The notes: generated by a model from the sequence alone, not told the origin. A stretch of 56,290 bases of DNA from Gammaproteobacteria bacterium (GCA_004796385.1 QZLD01000267.1:1-56290), one strand, 5' to 3'; positions 1 to 9,336 are shown, counted from the first letter of the stretch. Made by a program: numbers and translations.

Positions 1-974
1 ACGCCTAGTTCCAGTGTTTCGCCTCTGAATTGAGGAGACTCTCTGGTCGACATGATAATCCCTGTGTAGGGAACTGCGACTCTCAGAATGGCTATTAGTT
101 TTTTGAAATCCAGATCATTAACCGGTTGCGGAGGGGCATCTGCAATATCGGAGCCGCTGGCTGGTTCAATGCGAGGCACGCTAATAGTATGCGGACCGAC
201 CCCGAATTTGTCTTCGAGATGCTTTATGTGTTGCATCAGGGCGATTATCTCAAATTTCCAGTCCGCAAGTCCAAAGAGAATGCCGATACCACAATCGTCT
301 ATGCCTGCTTCCATGGCACGGTCGACCGCAGTTATTCTCCAGTCATAATCGGCCTTTTTACCGCTTATATGAACCTTGTGGTAAACCTCTCTGTTATAGG
401 TTTCCTGGAATATTTGATATGTTCCTATGCCTTTGCTTTTCAGAAGCTTAAAGTCTTCTGTGTTTAATGGCGCGATATTTACATTGATACGCCTTATTGA
501 GCCTCCTTTATCGTCTTTACAACCATAAACTGTGTCAATGGCATCCAGTATGTATTTGAATCCCTGTTTGGGATATGCCTCTCCTGCAACCAGAAGGACA
601 CGTTTGTGACCTTGCGAAATAAGGATTTCCGTCTCTTTTATGATCTCTTCCTGAGTTAGTGCCCTTCTTGTAAGTCCTTTATTGCCGGCACGAAAGGCAC
701 AATATGAGCACTCATTTGCGCAAAGATTGGATATATAGAGAGGAGCAAACAGAACCAGTCTTCTGCCGTAAATCTCCTCTTTTACATATTTTGCTGTATC
801 AAAAAGCTCCTGAATAAGTTCCGGGTTTTCTATATTCGAGAGAATAGCTACATCATGAATATCAAGCCCCTTAAGCTCTCTTGCCTTCTGTAGTATTTGC
901 CGGATTTTTGCAGTTTCTGAGGGGGCGTTTTCAAGCTCTTCAGCAATTTTTTTTTCATTTATGATTTCGGTCAT
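1..974 (-). CDS. hydG: HydG-like radical SAM [FeFe]-hydrogenase maturase (N-terminal ~324 aa; the C-terminus lies beyond the left edge)
   Basis: Missing from the ORF track because it runs off the window. Reverse-strand translation from the ATG at 974-972 reads MTEIINEKKIAEELE...EEIYGRRLVLFAPLYISNLCANECSYCAFRAGNKGLTRR, which contains a CX3CX2C radical SAM motif in a ThiH/HydG-like context. I call it HydG rather than ThiH only because it sits beside the [FeFe]-hydrogenase genes. The plus-strand track ORFs 88..348 and 126..467 are antisense to it. Confidence 0.7.
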   Translation of the reverse strand, partial: MTEIINEKKIAEELENAPSETAKIRQILQKARELKGLDIHDVAILSNIENPELIQELFDTAKYVKEEIYGRRLVLFAPLYISNLCANECSYCAFRAGNKGLTRRALTQEEIIKETEILISQGHKRVLLVAGEAYPKQGFKYILDAIDTVYGCKDDKGGSIRRINVNIAPLNTEDFKLLKSKGIGTYQIFQETYNREVYHKVHISGKKADYDWRITAVDRAMEAGIDDCGIGILFGLADWKFEIIALMQHIKHLEDKFGVGPHTISVPRIEPASGSDIADAPPQPVNDLDFKKLIAILRVAVPYTGIIMSTRESPQFRGETLELG

Positions 975-1128
975 GGCTCTTACCTTATTTTGCGTGGCTG
1001 TAAACTATAAAAAATATAGCAGGCAGATGGTTAAAGAGTCTGGCATCTGCATATAAATCTGTTTTTCAGTTATTAAAAATTCGTTTAGAAAAGTGGCTGA
1101 TTTGCAGAAGTAGTTGCGGTTTTAAACA

Positions 1129-1167
1129 CAAAAAAACCGCAGAACCAACATTATCAGGCTCTGCGGT
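1129..1167 (-). terminator. Rho-independent terminator downstream of the hydrogenase catalytic subunit gene
   Basis: On the minus strand, the stem ACCGCAGA (1160-1167 pairing with 1136-1143) is followed by TTTTTTTGTGT. It lies 47 nt after the stop codon at 1214. Confidence 0.6.
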
Positions 1168-1213
1168 CAGTTGCAATAGAAAAGCCGACCATTTTACTCG
1201 GATATTGTCGGCG

Positions 1214-3064
1214 TCAATCTATTATTACACCTCTTGCAGTATAGTGAGTGTGCAGCAAGTCGTGGGCCTTATGGCTGCACGGCCCCTCAGTAAAGAACTC
1301 CTGATATAGGTGAGCCACTTCAGGATTCTCATGGGATTTACGATATTCATAGTGCATATCTTCATCGTAAAGTATTTTGGCGCGCGCCTCTCTTACATCC
1401 ATATTTACAGGGCGTGGCATGCCGCCACCTGCAAGGCAGCCGCCCGGGCATCCCATAAACTCAATAAAGTGACATTCACTGAAAGGGCCACCAGCTTCGA
1501 TATCTGCCAGTACTTTATTGGCATTAGCTGTTCCGTGTGCCACTCCAACCTTAAGGGTGGCGCCTTTAAGCCACTCCCAGTCATTAAAATGAGCTTTCAG
1601 AATTTCAGGAACAGCACCAACTTTGTCAATGGTGACTTCAGCTATTCTGGAACCTTCAAATCCTCTTACCGGTGTGATGTTGGCATGTTCGAACAGGTCT
1701 TCTGCCTTGAGTCCGGTGATTAGCTCAATAGCAGTTCTTAAAGCTGCCTCCATTACACCGCCTGTTGCCCCAAAGATAACCCCTGAACCTGTAGAAGCTC
1801 CAAAGGGGGCATCGTATTCTGATTTAGGAACCTTTCGCAAATCCATGCCGGCCTCTTTAATCATCTGTGCAGCTTCTTCAGTTGTCAGCACAATATCAAC
1901 ATCTTTGTATCCGCTATCTGTCATTTCCGGGCGGCTGCATTCAAACTTCTTAGCCACACAAGGCATAAGGGCAACCGATACTATGTCATCCGGATTAATG
2001 TTGTTCTTCTGGGCATAGTAGGTTTTTATAACCGCGCCAAACATCTGTTGCGGACTTTTTGCTGATGATACATTCGGAATCATCTCCGGTTTAAAGTGTT
2101 CCAGGTATTTAATCCAACCCGGTGAACAGCTGGTAAATTGAGGCAGGGCAATTGATTCATCTTTATCTACCAGAGCCTTTTTAAGCCTGATTAATAGTTC
2201 AGTTGCTTCCTCAATTATTGTCAGGTCGGCAGTGAATGTTGTATCAAACACCTTGTCAAAACCACATCGGCGTAGTGCAGTCGCTAGTTGGAATGTCATG
2301 GCCTCCTCGCCTGGATCATTACCGAAGCATTCACCAATTGCTGACCTTGGCGCCGGTGCAGTTTGGATGACTACGTGTTTTTTAGGGTTCTCAATGGCAT
2401 CCCATACTTTTTCTGTTTCATCTTTAACAGATAGAGCTCCTGTGGGGCAGTGAGTTATGCATTGTCCGCAGTTAATGCACACAGTCTCTTCAAGCTCCTT
2501 GTCTGCAAAGGCGGCAATCTTGATTTTGTTGCTGCGATCCTTGATACCATAAGCACCAACAGCTTGCAGCTCTTTACAGGCTCTTTCGCAGTTACGGCAC
2601 TGGATGCACTTGTTCATATCACGAACAATAAAAAGTCCGGAGTCTTCGATTTCGTGGTCGGCCTTCTGCTTCTCGCCAAAGCGGAACTCGGTAACGCCAC
2701 ATTCATCTGCAAGCTCCCTTAATGTGCAGTTGCGGCTGCGGTTACAGGTGTAGCAGGTGCCGGTATGGTTCGAGAGTTCCAGGTCAACCAGATCTCTTCT
2801 GGCGCGCCTGACCTGGTGGCTGTTTGTGTTGATTACCATTCCTTCAGACAGTGGCAGTGTGCATGAGGTCTGCAGGTTGCGGTATCCTTCTATCTCTACC
2901 ACGCAGATACGACACAACCCCTTGGGTTTAAGGTCATCGTGGTGGCAGAGAGTTGGTATTTTAATGCCAACTGATTTTGCAGCATTAAGTATAGTTGTTC
3001 CCTCAGGTACATTTACTTCTATGTTATCTATTGTTGCAGTAACCATTTTTCCATCTTCGCTCAT
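1214..3064 (-). CDS. hydA: [FeFe] hydrogenase catalytic subunit, HndD/HydA-like multidomain type
   Basis: 616 aa. It has an N-terminal plant-type 2Fe-2S Cys pattern (LCHHDDLKPKGLCRICVVEIEG...TSC), a His-ligated cluster motif (HTGTCYTCNRSRNC) and two ferredoxin motifs (CIQCRNCERAC and CINCGQCITHCP). H-cluster motifs L2 (MPCVAKKFE) and L3 (EFMGCPGGCLAGGG) are present. L1 reads TSCSPGW instead of TSCCPxW. Confidence 0.9.
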   Translation of the reverse strand: MSEDGKMVTATIDNIEVNVPEGTTILNAAKSVGIKIPTLCHHDDLKPKGLCRICVVEIEGYRNLQTSCTLPLSEGMVINTNSHQVRRARRDLVDLELSNHTGTCYTCNRSRNCTLRELADECGVTEFRFGEKQKADHEIEDSGLFIVRDMNKCIQCRNCERACKELQAVGAYGIKDRSNKIKIAAFADKELEETVCINCGQCITHCPTGALSVKDETEKVWDAIENPKKHVVIQTAPAPRSAIGECFGNDPGEEAMTFQLATALRRCGFDKVFDTTFTADLTIIEEATELLIRLKKALVDKDESIALPQFTSCSPGWIKYLEHFKPEMIPNVSSAKSPQQMFGAVIKTYYAQKNNINPDDIVSVALMPCVAKKFECSRPEMTDSGYKDVDIVLTTEEAAQMIKEAGMDLRKVPKSEYDAPFGASTGSGVIFGATGGVMEAALRTAIELITGLKAEDLFEHANITPVRGFEGSRIAEVTIDKVGAVPEILKAHFNDWEWLKGATLKVGVAHGTANANKVLADIEAGGPFSECHFIEFMGCPGGCLAGGGMPRPVNMDVREARAKILYDEDMHYEYRKSHENPEVAHLYQEFFTEGPCSHKAHDLLHTHYTARGVIID

Positions 3065-3087
3065 TGTTATACTCTCCGTAGCTGCAA

Positions 3088-4749
3088 TTAAAGTTGATCC
3101 GCGAAATCATTCATCAGATTTTTGACAATATTGGGGCTTGTTTGACCAAGACCACACTTTGAGGTTAGTACCATCGTTTCACTGAGAGTCTCAATATCCT
3201 TAGTCTCTTTTCTGGTGGCTTTACCCTGGCGCATTTTTTCCACATGATTTAGCAGGGCTGTATTGCCCCAACGGCATGGTGTGCACTGACCGCAAGACTC
3301 TTCGATAAAGAATTCCAGATAGTTTTCGGCAATATCATATAGATTTCTGCTTTTATCAAAGATTATTACAGATCCACCAGTTGCCAGATCTTCATAACTT
3401 AACACTCTGTCGAAATCTTTTTTGGGAACCAGCTGCCCGGAATAACCGCCGATCTGAATCGCTTTAGGGTCCTTTGCATCAACCAGCTCGACGATGTCAT
3501 TGAGAGACATTCCCCACGCAAGCTCAAAAACCCCGGGTTTGTTACAGTCGCCGGAGATACTGAATAGCTTATACCCTTTGCTGTTTTCTGTGCCTGCAGA
3601 GTTATACCACTCTGATCCTTTAGCCAGGATACATGGTACCCAGGCAAACGTTTCTACATTGTTTACATTGGTTGGTTTGCCGAACAGGCCATCAGTTACC
3701 GGGAATGGTGGTTTATTGCGAGGTTCACCCCTATGGCCTTCGATGGATTCAATAAGTGCTGTCTCTTCGCCACAAACATATGCTCCAGCCCCGAAGTAGA
3801 GTCTGATATCAAAGTTAAAGTCATCTTTACCGCAGATTTTGTTACCAAGCATATTGGCAGCGCGCTTTTCTTCAAGTATCTCTTCCAGTTTCTCTTTCAT
3901 AAAGGCGTATTCCCATCTGAGATAAAGAATGCCTTCATCAGCGCCTACAGCATAGCCGGCAACCGTCATGCCCTCTATAACCTTATCTGCAAATCTGCTG
4001 AAGATAAGCATATCTTTAAAACAGCCCGGCTCGCCTTCATCTGCATTACAGACAACATATTTTTTATCACCTTCAGCATTAGCGCAGAAATCCCACTTCA
4101 TACCAGTTGGGAAACCTGCTCCTCCATGACCTCGCAACCCGGAATCTTTAACCAGATTGCGAACCTCTTCAGGAGAAAGTTCAAGAGCGTTTTTAAGTCC
4201 TGAGTTTTTTTCTACCTGATCAAAAGAGAGGTCGTTGGTGAAACTCTGAGGTATTTCGGTTTCTACAGGTTCTCCGTGGCGTAGCTTTTTGACAATTTCG
4301 CTGGCTTTCTCAGGGGTTATACTAGGGAATATCTTTTCATTAATAATCATTGCAGGTGACATATCGGAGATGCCAACACAGCCAGTCCACTCTAAAGAGA
4401 ACATAAGGTCATATGTTGTTTCGCCCATTTTAATGCCCAGATCTTTCTCCAGTCTTTTGGCAACATCGTCAACACCTGCCATTTTTGAGGGCATATCTAT
4501 GCTCAGTGCTATGTGATATTTGCCTTTTGGCTCTACTTCAATAAAGCTGTAAAAAGTTGCTACTCCGTAAACCTCTGCTGAGCTGATACCAAGCATTACT
4601 CCAATCTTTTGCATGGCATATTCAGGTACAAAGCCATATTTGCGCTGAGTTGCCTGCAACAGAGGGATTATGGATTTTCTCTCCATTGCGTGCTGTTGTT
4701 CGGCTTCTGAAAGGAATTTATTAATATCGTCATGATTTGGAATGTACAT
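3088..4749 (-). CDS. Fused NuoE-like/NuoF-like NAD(P)H-binding flavoprotein subunit of the hydrogenase
   Basis: 553 aa. Residues ~1-160 resemble the thioredoxin-like NuoE/HndA fold. The remainder carries NuoF signatures: GHGGAGFPTGMKW, VVCNADEGEPGCFKD, and ESCGQCTPCR plus SKCGLGQT. It lies 24 nt upstream of hydA on the same strand. Confidence 0.85.
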   Translation of the reverse strand: MYIPNHDDINKFLSEAEQQHAMERKSIIPLLQATQRKYGFVPEYAMQKIGVMLGISSAEVYGVATFYSFIEVEPKGKYHIALSIDMPSKMAGVDDVAKRLEKDLGIKMGETTYDLMFSLEWTGCVGISDMSPAMIINEKIFPSITPEKASEIVKKLRHGEPVETEIPQSFTNDLSFDQVEKNSGLKNALELSPEEVRNLVKDSGLRGHGGAGFPTGMKWDFCANAEGDKKYVVCNADEGEPGCFKDMLIFSRFADKVIEGMTVAGYAVGADEGILYLRWEYAFMKEKLEEILEEKRAANMLGNKICGKDDFNFDIRLYFGAGAYVCGEETALIESIEGHRGEPRNKPPFPVTDGLFGKPTNVNNVETFAWVPCILAKGSEWYNSAGTENSKGYKLFSISGDCNKPGVFELAWGMSLNDIVELVDAKDPKAIQIGGYSGQLVPKKDFDRVLSYEDLATGGSVIIFDKSRNLYDIAENYLEFFIEESCGQCTPCRWGNTALLNHVEKMRQGKATRKETKDIETLSETMVLTSKCGLGQTSPNIVKNLMNDFADQL

Positions 4750-4963
4750 GCTTCCCTCCCTGGGATTTATGTTTAGTTGAATTGTTATCGTAATAAAATA
4801 TAGAATAGATTAGCAGAGCTTGTAAGCTAAATACCAGTATTTATTTTTAATTCTTATAGCTTATTTTTCATGGGGATAGCAATAACTTGTGGAATATGAA
4901 TTTTGTAGCGAAGCTCATTGTAACTATGTTACAGATGCTTGATTGTGAAGTTTTGTTTTAGAT

Positions 4964-4996
4964 AACAAAAAGCCGGAGGAGATGACTCTTCCGGCT
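4964..4996 (-). terminator. Rho-independent terminator after fabB
   Basis: On the minus strand, AGCCGGAAG..CCTCCGGCT forms a ~9-bp stem including one G-U pair, followed by TTTTGTT. It sits 32 nt after the fabB stop. Confidence 0.65.
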
Positions 4997-5027
4997 ATAT
5001 TTTATTTATAAATGCAGAGATTGGTTG

Positions 5028-6245
5028 TTACTGGCTAAACTTTTTGAATGCAAGAGTTGCATTTGTTCCGCCAAAACCAAAGCTATTTGATAGAGCAAGG
5101 TTTATCTCTTTATCAATTGCTTTTTCTTTGACTATATTTACGCCTTCGGCGGCAGGGTCAAGTTCAGTAATATTTGCTGTTGCTGCAATAAAATTATTCT
5201 GCATCATCAGTATTGTATATATAGATTCATGAACTCCTGCGGCTCCAAGTGAGTGTCCGGAAAGCGATTTAGTTGAACTGATATAAGGTGTATCGTCGCC
5301 GAATATCTTTCTAACAGCTCCTATTTCAGCCATATCTCCTGCCGGAGTGCTGGTTCCGTGTGCATTTATATAGTCAACGGGGATATCCAGTCCGGCTGTT
5401 GCTTGTTCCATGCAGCGTTTGGCGCCTTCTCCGGAAGGGGATACCATGTCGTAACCATCTGACGTAGAGCCAAACCCGACTATCTCAGCGTAGATTTTTG
5501 CTCCACGATTAAGCGCGTGTTCAAGCTCTTCGACTACCACAATGCCACCGCCTCCGGCAATCACAAAACCATCCCGGTTTTTATCAAACGGTTTAGATGC
5601 AGTTTGCGGGGTGTCATTGCATTTTGTGGACAGCGCACCCATAGCGTCAAATATAACAGTGAGCATCCAGTTCTCTTCTTCACCACCACCGGCAAAGACG
5701 ATATCCTGTTTGCCCATTTGAATCTGCTCATAGGCAGAACCTATACAGTGGGCACTTGTTGAACAGGCAGAGCTTATTGAAAAGTTAACGCCTTTAATTT
5801 TGTAAGGGGTTGCAAGGCAGGCTGCAGTAGTACTTCCCATTACTCGTGGAACCATATAAGGCGAAACCTTTTTTGCGCCACGTTTTCTTTGTGTATCTAC
5901 ATAAGCAACGGTATTGCTGGTAGATGCGCCGCCAGAGCCGACAATAAGGCCTGTTCTGGGATTTGATACTTGTGATTCATCAAGGTTGGAGTCGTCAATC
6001 GCCTGTTGCATAGAAATATAGGCATATGCTGCTGCATCCCCCATAAATCGACGTACTTTTCTGTCAATATGGTCTTCGATATTAATATTAACAGAACCAC
6101 TTACGTTACTGCGTAAGCCTTCTTTTTCGTAATCTTCGTTAAAGCTTATCCCTGAGCGTCCCTCTTTTAAGGCCGCTGTTACTTCTTCCTTGCTATTTCC
6201 TAGACTTGAGACAATTCCCAGTCCTGTTATTACAACTCTTTTCAT
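5028..6245 (-). CDS. fabB: 3-oxoacyl-ACP synthase I
   Basis: 405 aa with a KAS I-like sequence throughout. The active-site region is [14 protein letters not shown], followed by HGTSTPAGD and GHSLGAAG. It lies directly downstream of fabA. Confidence 0.93.
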   Translation of the reverse strand: MKRVVITGLGIVSSLGNSKEEVTAALKEGRSGISFNEDYEKEGLRSNVSGSVNINIEDHIDRKVRRFMGDAAAYAYISMQQAIDDSNLDESQVSNPRTGLIVGSGGASTSNTVAYVDTQRKRGAKKVSPYMVPRVMGSTTAACLATPYKIKGVNFSISSACSTSAHCIGSAYEQIQMGKQDIVFAGGGEEENWMLTVIFDAMGALSTKCNDTPQTASKPFDKNRDGFVIAGGGGIVVVEELEHALNRGAKIYAEIVGFGSTSDGYDMVSPSGEGAKRCMEQATAGLDIPVDYINAHGTSTPAGDMAEIGAVRKIFGDDTPYISSTKSLSGHSLGAAGVHESIYTILMMQNNFIAATANITELDPAAEGVNIVKEKAIDKEINLALSNSFGFGGTNATLAFKKFSQ

Positions 6246-6794
6246 CTAAAAATTCTCTGTTGATGTAAATAGTCCGACTCTAAGGTCTTTGGTTGAATAG
6301 ATGTCTCTGCCGTCTACAGAAACCACTCCATCAGCAATGCCCATTACCAGTGAACGGGCAATTACTCTTTTTATATCAAGGCGATATGTTACTTTTTTAG
6401 CTGTGGGCAGCACTTGACCAGTGAACTTTACTTCTCCTGCTGCAAGTGCGCGCCCTTTTCCTTTGTTTCCAAGCCAGCCAAGATAAAAACCGACAAGTTG
6501 CCATAGAGCATCAAGGCCAAGACAACCAGGCATTACCGGGTCTCCCGGAAAGTGGCAGCTGAAGAACCACAGGTCGGGGTTAATGTCGAGCTCTGCAATT
6601 ATCTCTCCTTTACCAAAGGTGCCTCCATCTTCTGAAATATGAGCTATGCGATCTATCATAAGCATATTCGGTAAAGGTAGCTGAGCATTCCCTGGGCCAA
6701 AAAGTTCTCCGTTGCCACATTTTATGAGTTTTTCTTTGTTAAAACTAGATTGAGATTTGGGTATAAAACCTGTGGTTAAATTATCTTCTGTCAT
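6246..6794 (-). CDS. fabA: 3-hydroxydecanoyl-ACP dehydratase/isomerase
   Basis: 182 aa containing the FabA signature [33 protein letters not shown]. Its stop codon abuts the fabB start (6246/6245). Confidence 0.93.
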   Translation of the reverse strand: MTEDNLTTGFIPKSQSSFNKEKLIKCGNGELFGPGNAQLPLPNMLMIDRIAHISEDGGTFGKGEIIAELDINPDLWFFSCHFPGDPVMPGCLGLDALWQLVGFYLGWLGNKGKGRALAAGEVKFTGQVLPTAKKVTYRLDIKRVIARSLVMGIADGVVSVDGRDIYSTKDLRVGLFTSTENF

Positions 6795-6945
6795 ACTAAT
6801 TCCATAAAACCAGTTTAAAAGGATGGATGAATCGGCTGCTTTCCGTTATGTTTGCAGCGCTAACAGTTTAATCCACCTTGAATTTGCTATTGTTTTTGGC
6901 GGGTATCTTGTCTTAAAAATAAAAAGAGATCAATTATAAAGACTT

Positions 6946-6995
6946 AATATTCGGCAAAAACCGTGTTGCGAATATTCGCAAAAAACTCTGTTGCA
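6946..6995. promoter_or_regulatory. Tandem 25-nt direct repeat creating a perfect 16-bp palindrome; candidate operator in the fabA-ubiT intergenic region
   Basis: Unit 1 (6946-6970) is AATATTCGGCAAAAACCGTGTTGCG and unit 2 (6971-6995) is AATATTCGCAAAAAACTCTGTTGCA, matching at 20/25 ungapped. The junction gives TTGCGAATATTCGCAA at 6966-6981. A possible sigma70 promoter follows: TTGCAG (6991-6996), an 18-nt spacer, then TATAGT (7015-7020), upstream of ubiT. Confidence 0.45.
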
Positions 6996-7057
6996 GACGC
7001 TTATCAGAATTCTGTATAGTAGCACAGCGAGCGAGTATACTTGAAGCGTGATTAAAA

Positions 7058-7531
7058 ATGAATAGATCAGAACATCCTTTTTCTCTTACAAATATTCCAG
7101 AGGCACTTAAAAATCTGGTAAAGCCATTTGTTTTATTGGCTGACCCTATTCATCAGTTTGGTTTGGCGTTAGCGCTTAACAGAGTTTTTTCTGAAGAGAT
7201 TTTATATGGAGAAATTGATTTTCTTTATGGTAAAACTGTAAGAATTTATGTTTCGGATTTTAATATTGAGTGGTTGGTAACTCTTGTAAATGGACAGTTT
7301 GCGGTAAAACAGCGGGGAGGTGAGTATGATGTCTCTATTATTGCCGACTCAGAACACTTTATTTCTTTGATTTTGCGTACAGTTGATCCGGATACCCTTT
7401 TTTTTAAGAGATTAATTTCGATTGAGGGTGATACCGCTCTTGGTATTGAGGTGAAAAATCTTCTTGACGGTTTTGATCCGGAAAATCTTCCGGAATTTTT
7501 GAAAGTGGTAATTTCTAATTCATCATTGTAG
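7058..7531 (+). CDS. ubiT: SCP2-domain ubiquinone biosynthesis accessory factor (UbiT/YhbT-like)
   Basis: 157 aa with an SCP2-like C-terminal pattern (FFKRLISIEGDTALGIEVKNLLD). It lies next to a pair of U32-family genes, as yhbT does with yhbU-yhbV in E. coli. Confidence 0.7.
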   Translation: MNRSEHPFSLTNIPEALKNLVKPFVLLADPIHQFGLALALNRVFSEEILYGEIDFLYGKTVRIYVSDFNIEWLVTLVNGQFAVKQRGGEYDVSIIADSEHFISLILRTVDPDTLFFKRLISIEGDTALGIEVKNLLDGFDPENLPEFLKVVISNSSL

Positions 7532-8317
7532 TTTATTAATTACAGTATTTATTATTTCCATCTGTTTTTCAGGTTCGGTTTCTGTCGGAATGATCCTCAG
7601 GATTTCCATATCTTTTATGTGGTTATTTTCTGTATTTTGATCGAAAGAGGTTAGATCGACAGGATTTGTTGGCATTACAATCGGCCCATTTGTTGTGAGA
7701 ATCTTGTTGCCATCAAGAGTTTTTAGCTCATTTTCTCCGTTTTTACATGCAAAAGAGCAGTTTTCTCTGTTTTTGTTTTTAGCATAGGCACTAAAGCATC
7801 TGGCAGAAAAGGCAAGAATTTTCTTGCCATAGATTGTAATTTCTGTTGCTACAGGGGTGTTGCCGGAAATCTTTATAACCGAGTTTAGATCCAGTTCGTT
7901 AGGTGGTTGCCATCTGAACATTCCCATTGATGTCATGAGTTTGAATGAGTGGTTGTTGTATATGTGTATGCCGTTACCGCAAATAAATTTTTTATTTCTG
8001 GTTATCATGCGGCTAACGGCAGTCATTTCGTTGGCTTCTATTGCGAAATCATCAATGTCTACTATTTTTTCCAGATAGTCGCTGTTTTGCTCAGAATTAA
8101 TGAGCAGAGGCGATGAGAGTACGACTTCTTTGCCGATATTTCTTAATTTTTCTGCAAGTGAAATAAGTTCTCTGAAATCTAAAGGAGCTCTTTTCCGGCA
8201 TATTGTTTCGCCCAGATAGATGATCTCTATTGGTGATGTAGTCGCTAAATCATAAAGCCTCAACAGTTTTTTTTTCTCCATGAAAAATGGCGGTGGCGCA
8301 AGGGATATTTGGGGCAT
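7523..8317 (-). CDS. ubiV: U32-family O2-independent ubiquinone hydroxylase subunit (UbiV/YhbV-like)
   Basis: This is the shorter U32-like paralogue immediately downstream of ubiU. It has Cys-rich segments ETICRKR and FSARCFSAYAKNKNRENCSFACKNG. I place the start at the ATG at 8317 (MPQISL), preceded by GGGTGG. The track ORF begins at a GTG at 8329. Confidence 0.72.
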   Translation of the reverse strand: MPQISLAPPPFFMEKKKLLRLYDLATTSPIEIIYLGETICRKRAPLDFRELISLAEKLRNIGKEVVLSSPLLINSEQNSDYLEKIVDIDDFAIEANEMTAVSRMITRNKKFICGNGIHIYNNHSFKLMTSMGMFRWQPPNELDLNSVIKISGNTPVATEITIYGKKILAFSARCFSAYAKNKNRENCSFACKNGENELKTLDGNKILTTNGPIVMPTNPVDLTSFDQNTENNHIKDMEILRIIPTETEPEKQMEIINTVINKLQ

Positions 8318-8319
8318 AA

Positions 8320-9336
8320 TTAATACCACCCTTTGTCATAGCAGCCGGATGTTATATTCATTCCTTCTGCAAATTCCATTAATTCGCTGTTCCACTCTTT
8401 ACAGCGGATATTAAATGTACTCGGTGAATCGGCAAAATGGTTAAGGGCTTTGCGCCATACGGATGTGACTTTGGCAACATATGCCGGACTACGCTGTCTG
8501 CCCTCTATCTTTATGGCGCTGACTCCAGAGGCTGTAAATCGCGGAATCAGGTGCAGGCTATTCAGTGTGGATGGTTTTTCAAATGGATATATTGGTTTGC
8601 CGTCCATTAAAAATCTGCCTTTGCATGGGGTTGGGTAGCCGGCACTGTCGTTTTCTGAAAAGATATCGAGAATATGACTGTTTAAGAGGCATTCAAGTCC
8701 TTTGTCGGAGGAGTTCCATTTGACCTTTTCTGCAGGAGAGCAGGCTCCGAATGTGTTGGGCGAATCTCCGCATAAGTGGCCTGATAGAAAGCAGCGACCT
8801 TCCGTCATAACGCATAATCCTCCAAAACCGAATATCTCCAGCGGTATATCTGTTTTGTTGTGGATTCTTTCTATCTCCTCGATGGTTATAACCCTTGGTA
8901 AAACCACTCTTTTAATATCGAACATTTGTTTATAAAAATTAATAGTATCGGCAGAGGTTGCAGATGCTTGTACAGAGATGTGGATGTTTGTTGCAGGGTA
9001 TTTTGTGTGGCAGTAATCCATTAGTGCTATGTCTGCCAGAATCAGGGCATCCGCTCCGGCGTTAACTGCTTTATCAATAGTCTGAGTCCATTGGTTGAAG
9101 TTGTCTGTTTGAGGATAGGTGTTTATGGCTATAAGAATTTTTTTCCGGTGTTTGTGTATGAAGTCAATTGCCTTTGTCATCTTTCTTTCATTCATATTAA
9201 GACCAGGAAAGTGGCGGGCATTTGTGGCGTCCTGAAAGCCCATATATATCGCATCGGCTCCGTTTTCTGTTGCGGCAATGGCAGCTTGATAGCTTCCTGC
9301 AGGGCAGATTAGTTCCGGAACAGATTTATGATTCAT
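8320..9336 (-). CDS. ubiU: U32-family O2-independent ubiquinone hydroxylase subunit (UbiU/YhbU-like)
   Basis: 338 aa. The peptidase-U32 N-terminus reads PELICPAGSYQAAIAATENGADAIYMG. A Cys cluster region (GGLCVMTEGRCFLSGHLCG...GACSP...PCKGRF) is present. Confidence 0.8.
   Translation of the reverse strand: MNHKSVPELICPAGSYQAAIAATENGADAIYMGFQDATNARHFPGLNMNERKMTKAIDFIHKHRKKILIAINTYPQTDNFNQWTQTIDKAVNAGADALILADIALMDYCHTKYPATNIHISVQASATSADTINFYKQMFDIKRVVLPRVITIEEIERIHNKTDIPLEIFGFGGLCVMTEGRCFLSGHLCGDSPNTFGACSPAEKVKWNSSDKGLECLLNSHILDIFSENDSAGYPTPCKGRFLMDGKPIYPFEKPSTLNSLHLIPRFTASGVSAIKIEGRQRSPAYVAKVTSVWRKALNHFADSPSTFNIRCKEWNSELMEFAEGMNITSGCYDKGWY

Noticed and set aside
1-974. I considered calling the partial radical SAM gene ThiH (thiamine biosynthesis tyrosine lyase) instead of HydG.
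   Set aside because: The visible N-terminal two-thirds cannot distinguish the two families by eye. No thi genes are nearby, whereas an [FeFe] hydrogenase operon is adjacent, so HydG is the more economical call. The diagnostic C-terminal CX2CX22C region lies outside the window, so confidence stays moderate.
6795-6812. AACTGGTTTTATGG, just upstream of the fabA start on the minus strand, considered as a FadR half-site.
   Set aside because: Only the AACTGGT half resembles the FadR consensus as I remember it. It overlaps the ribosome-binding region and has no second half-site.
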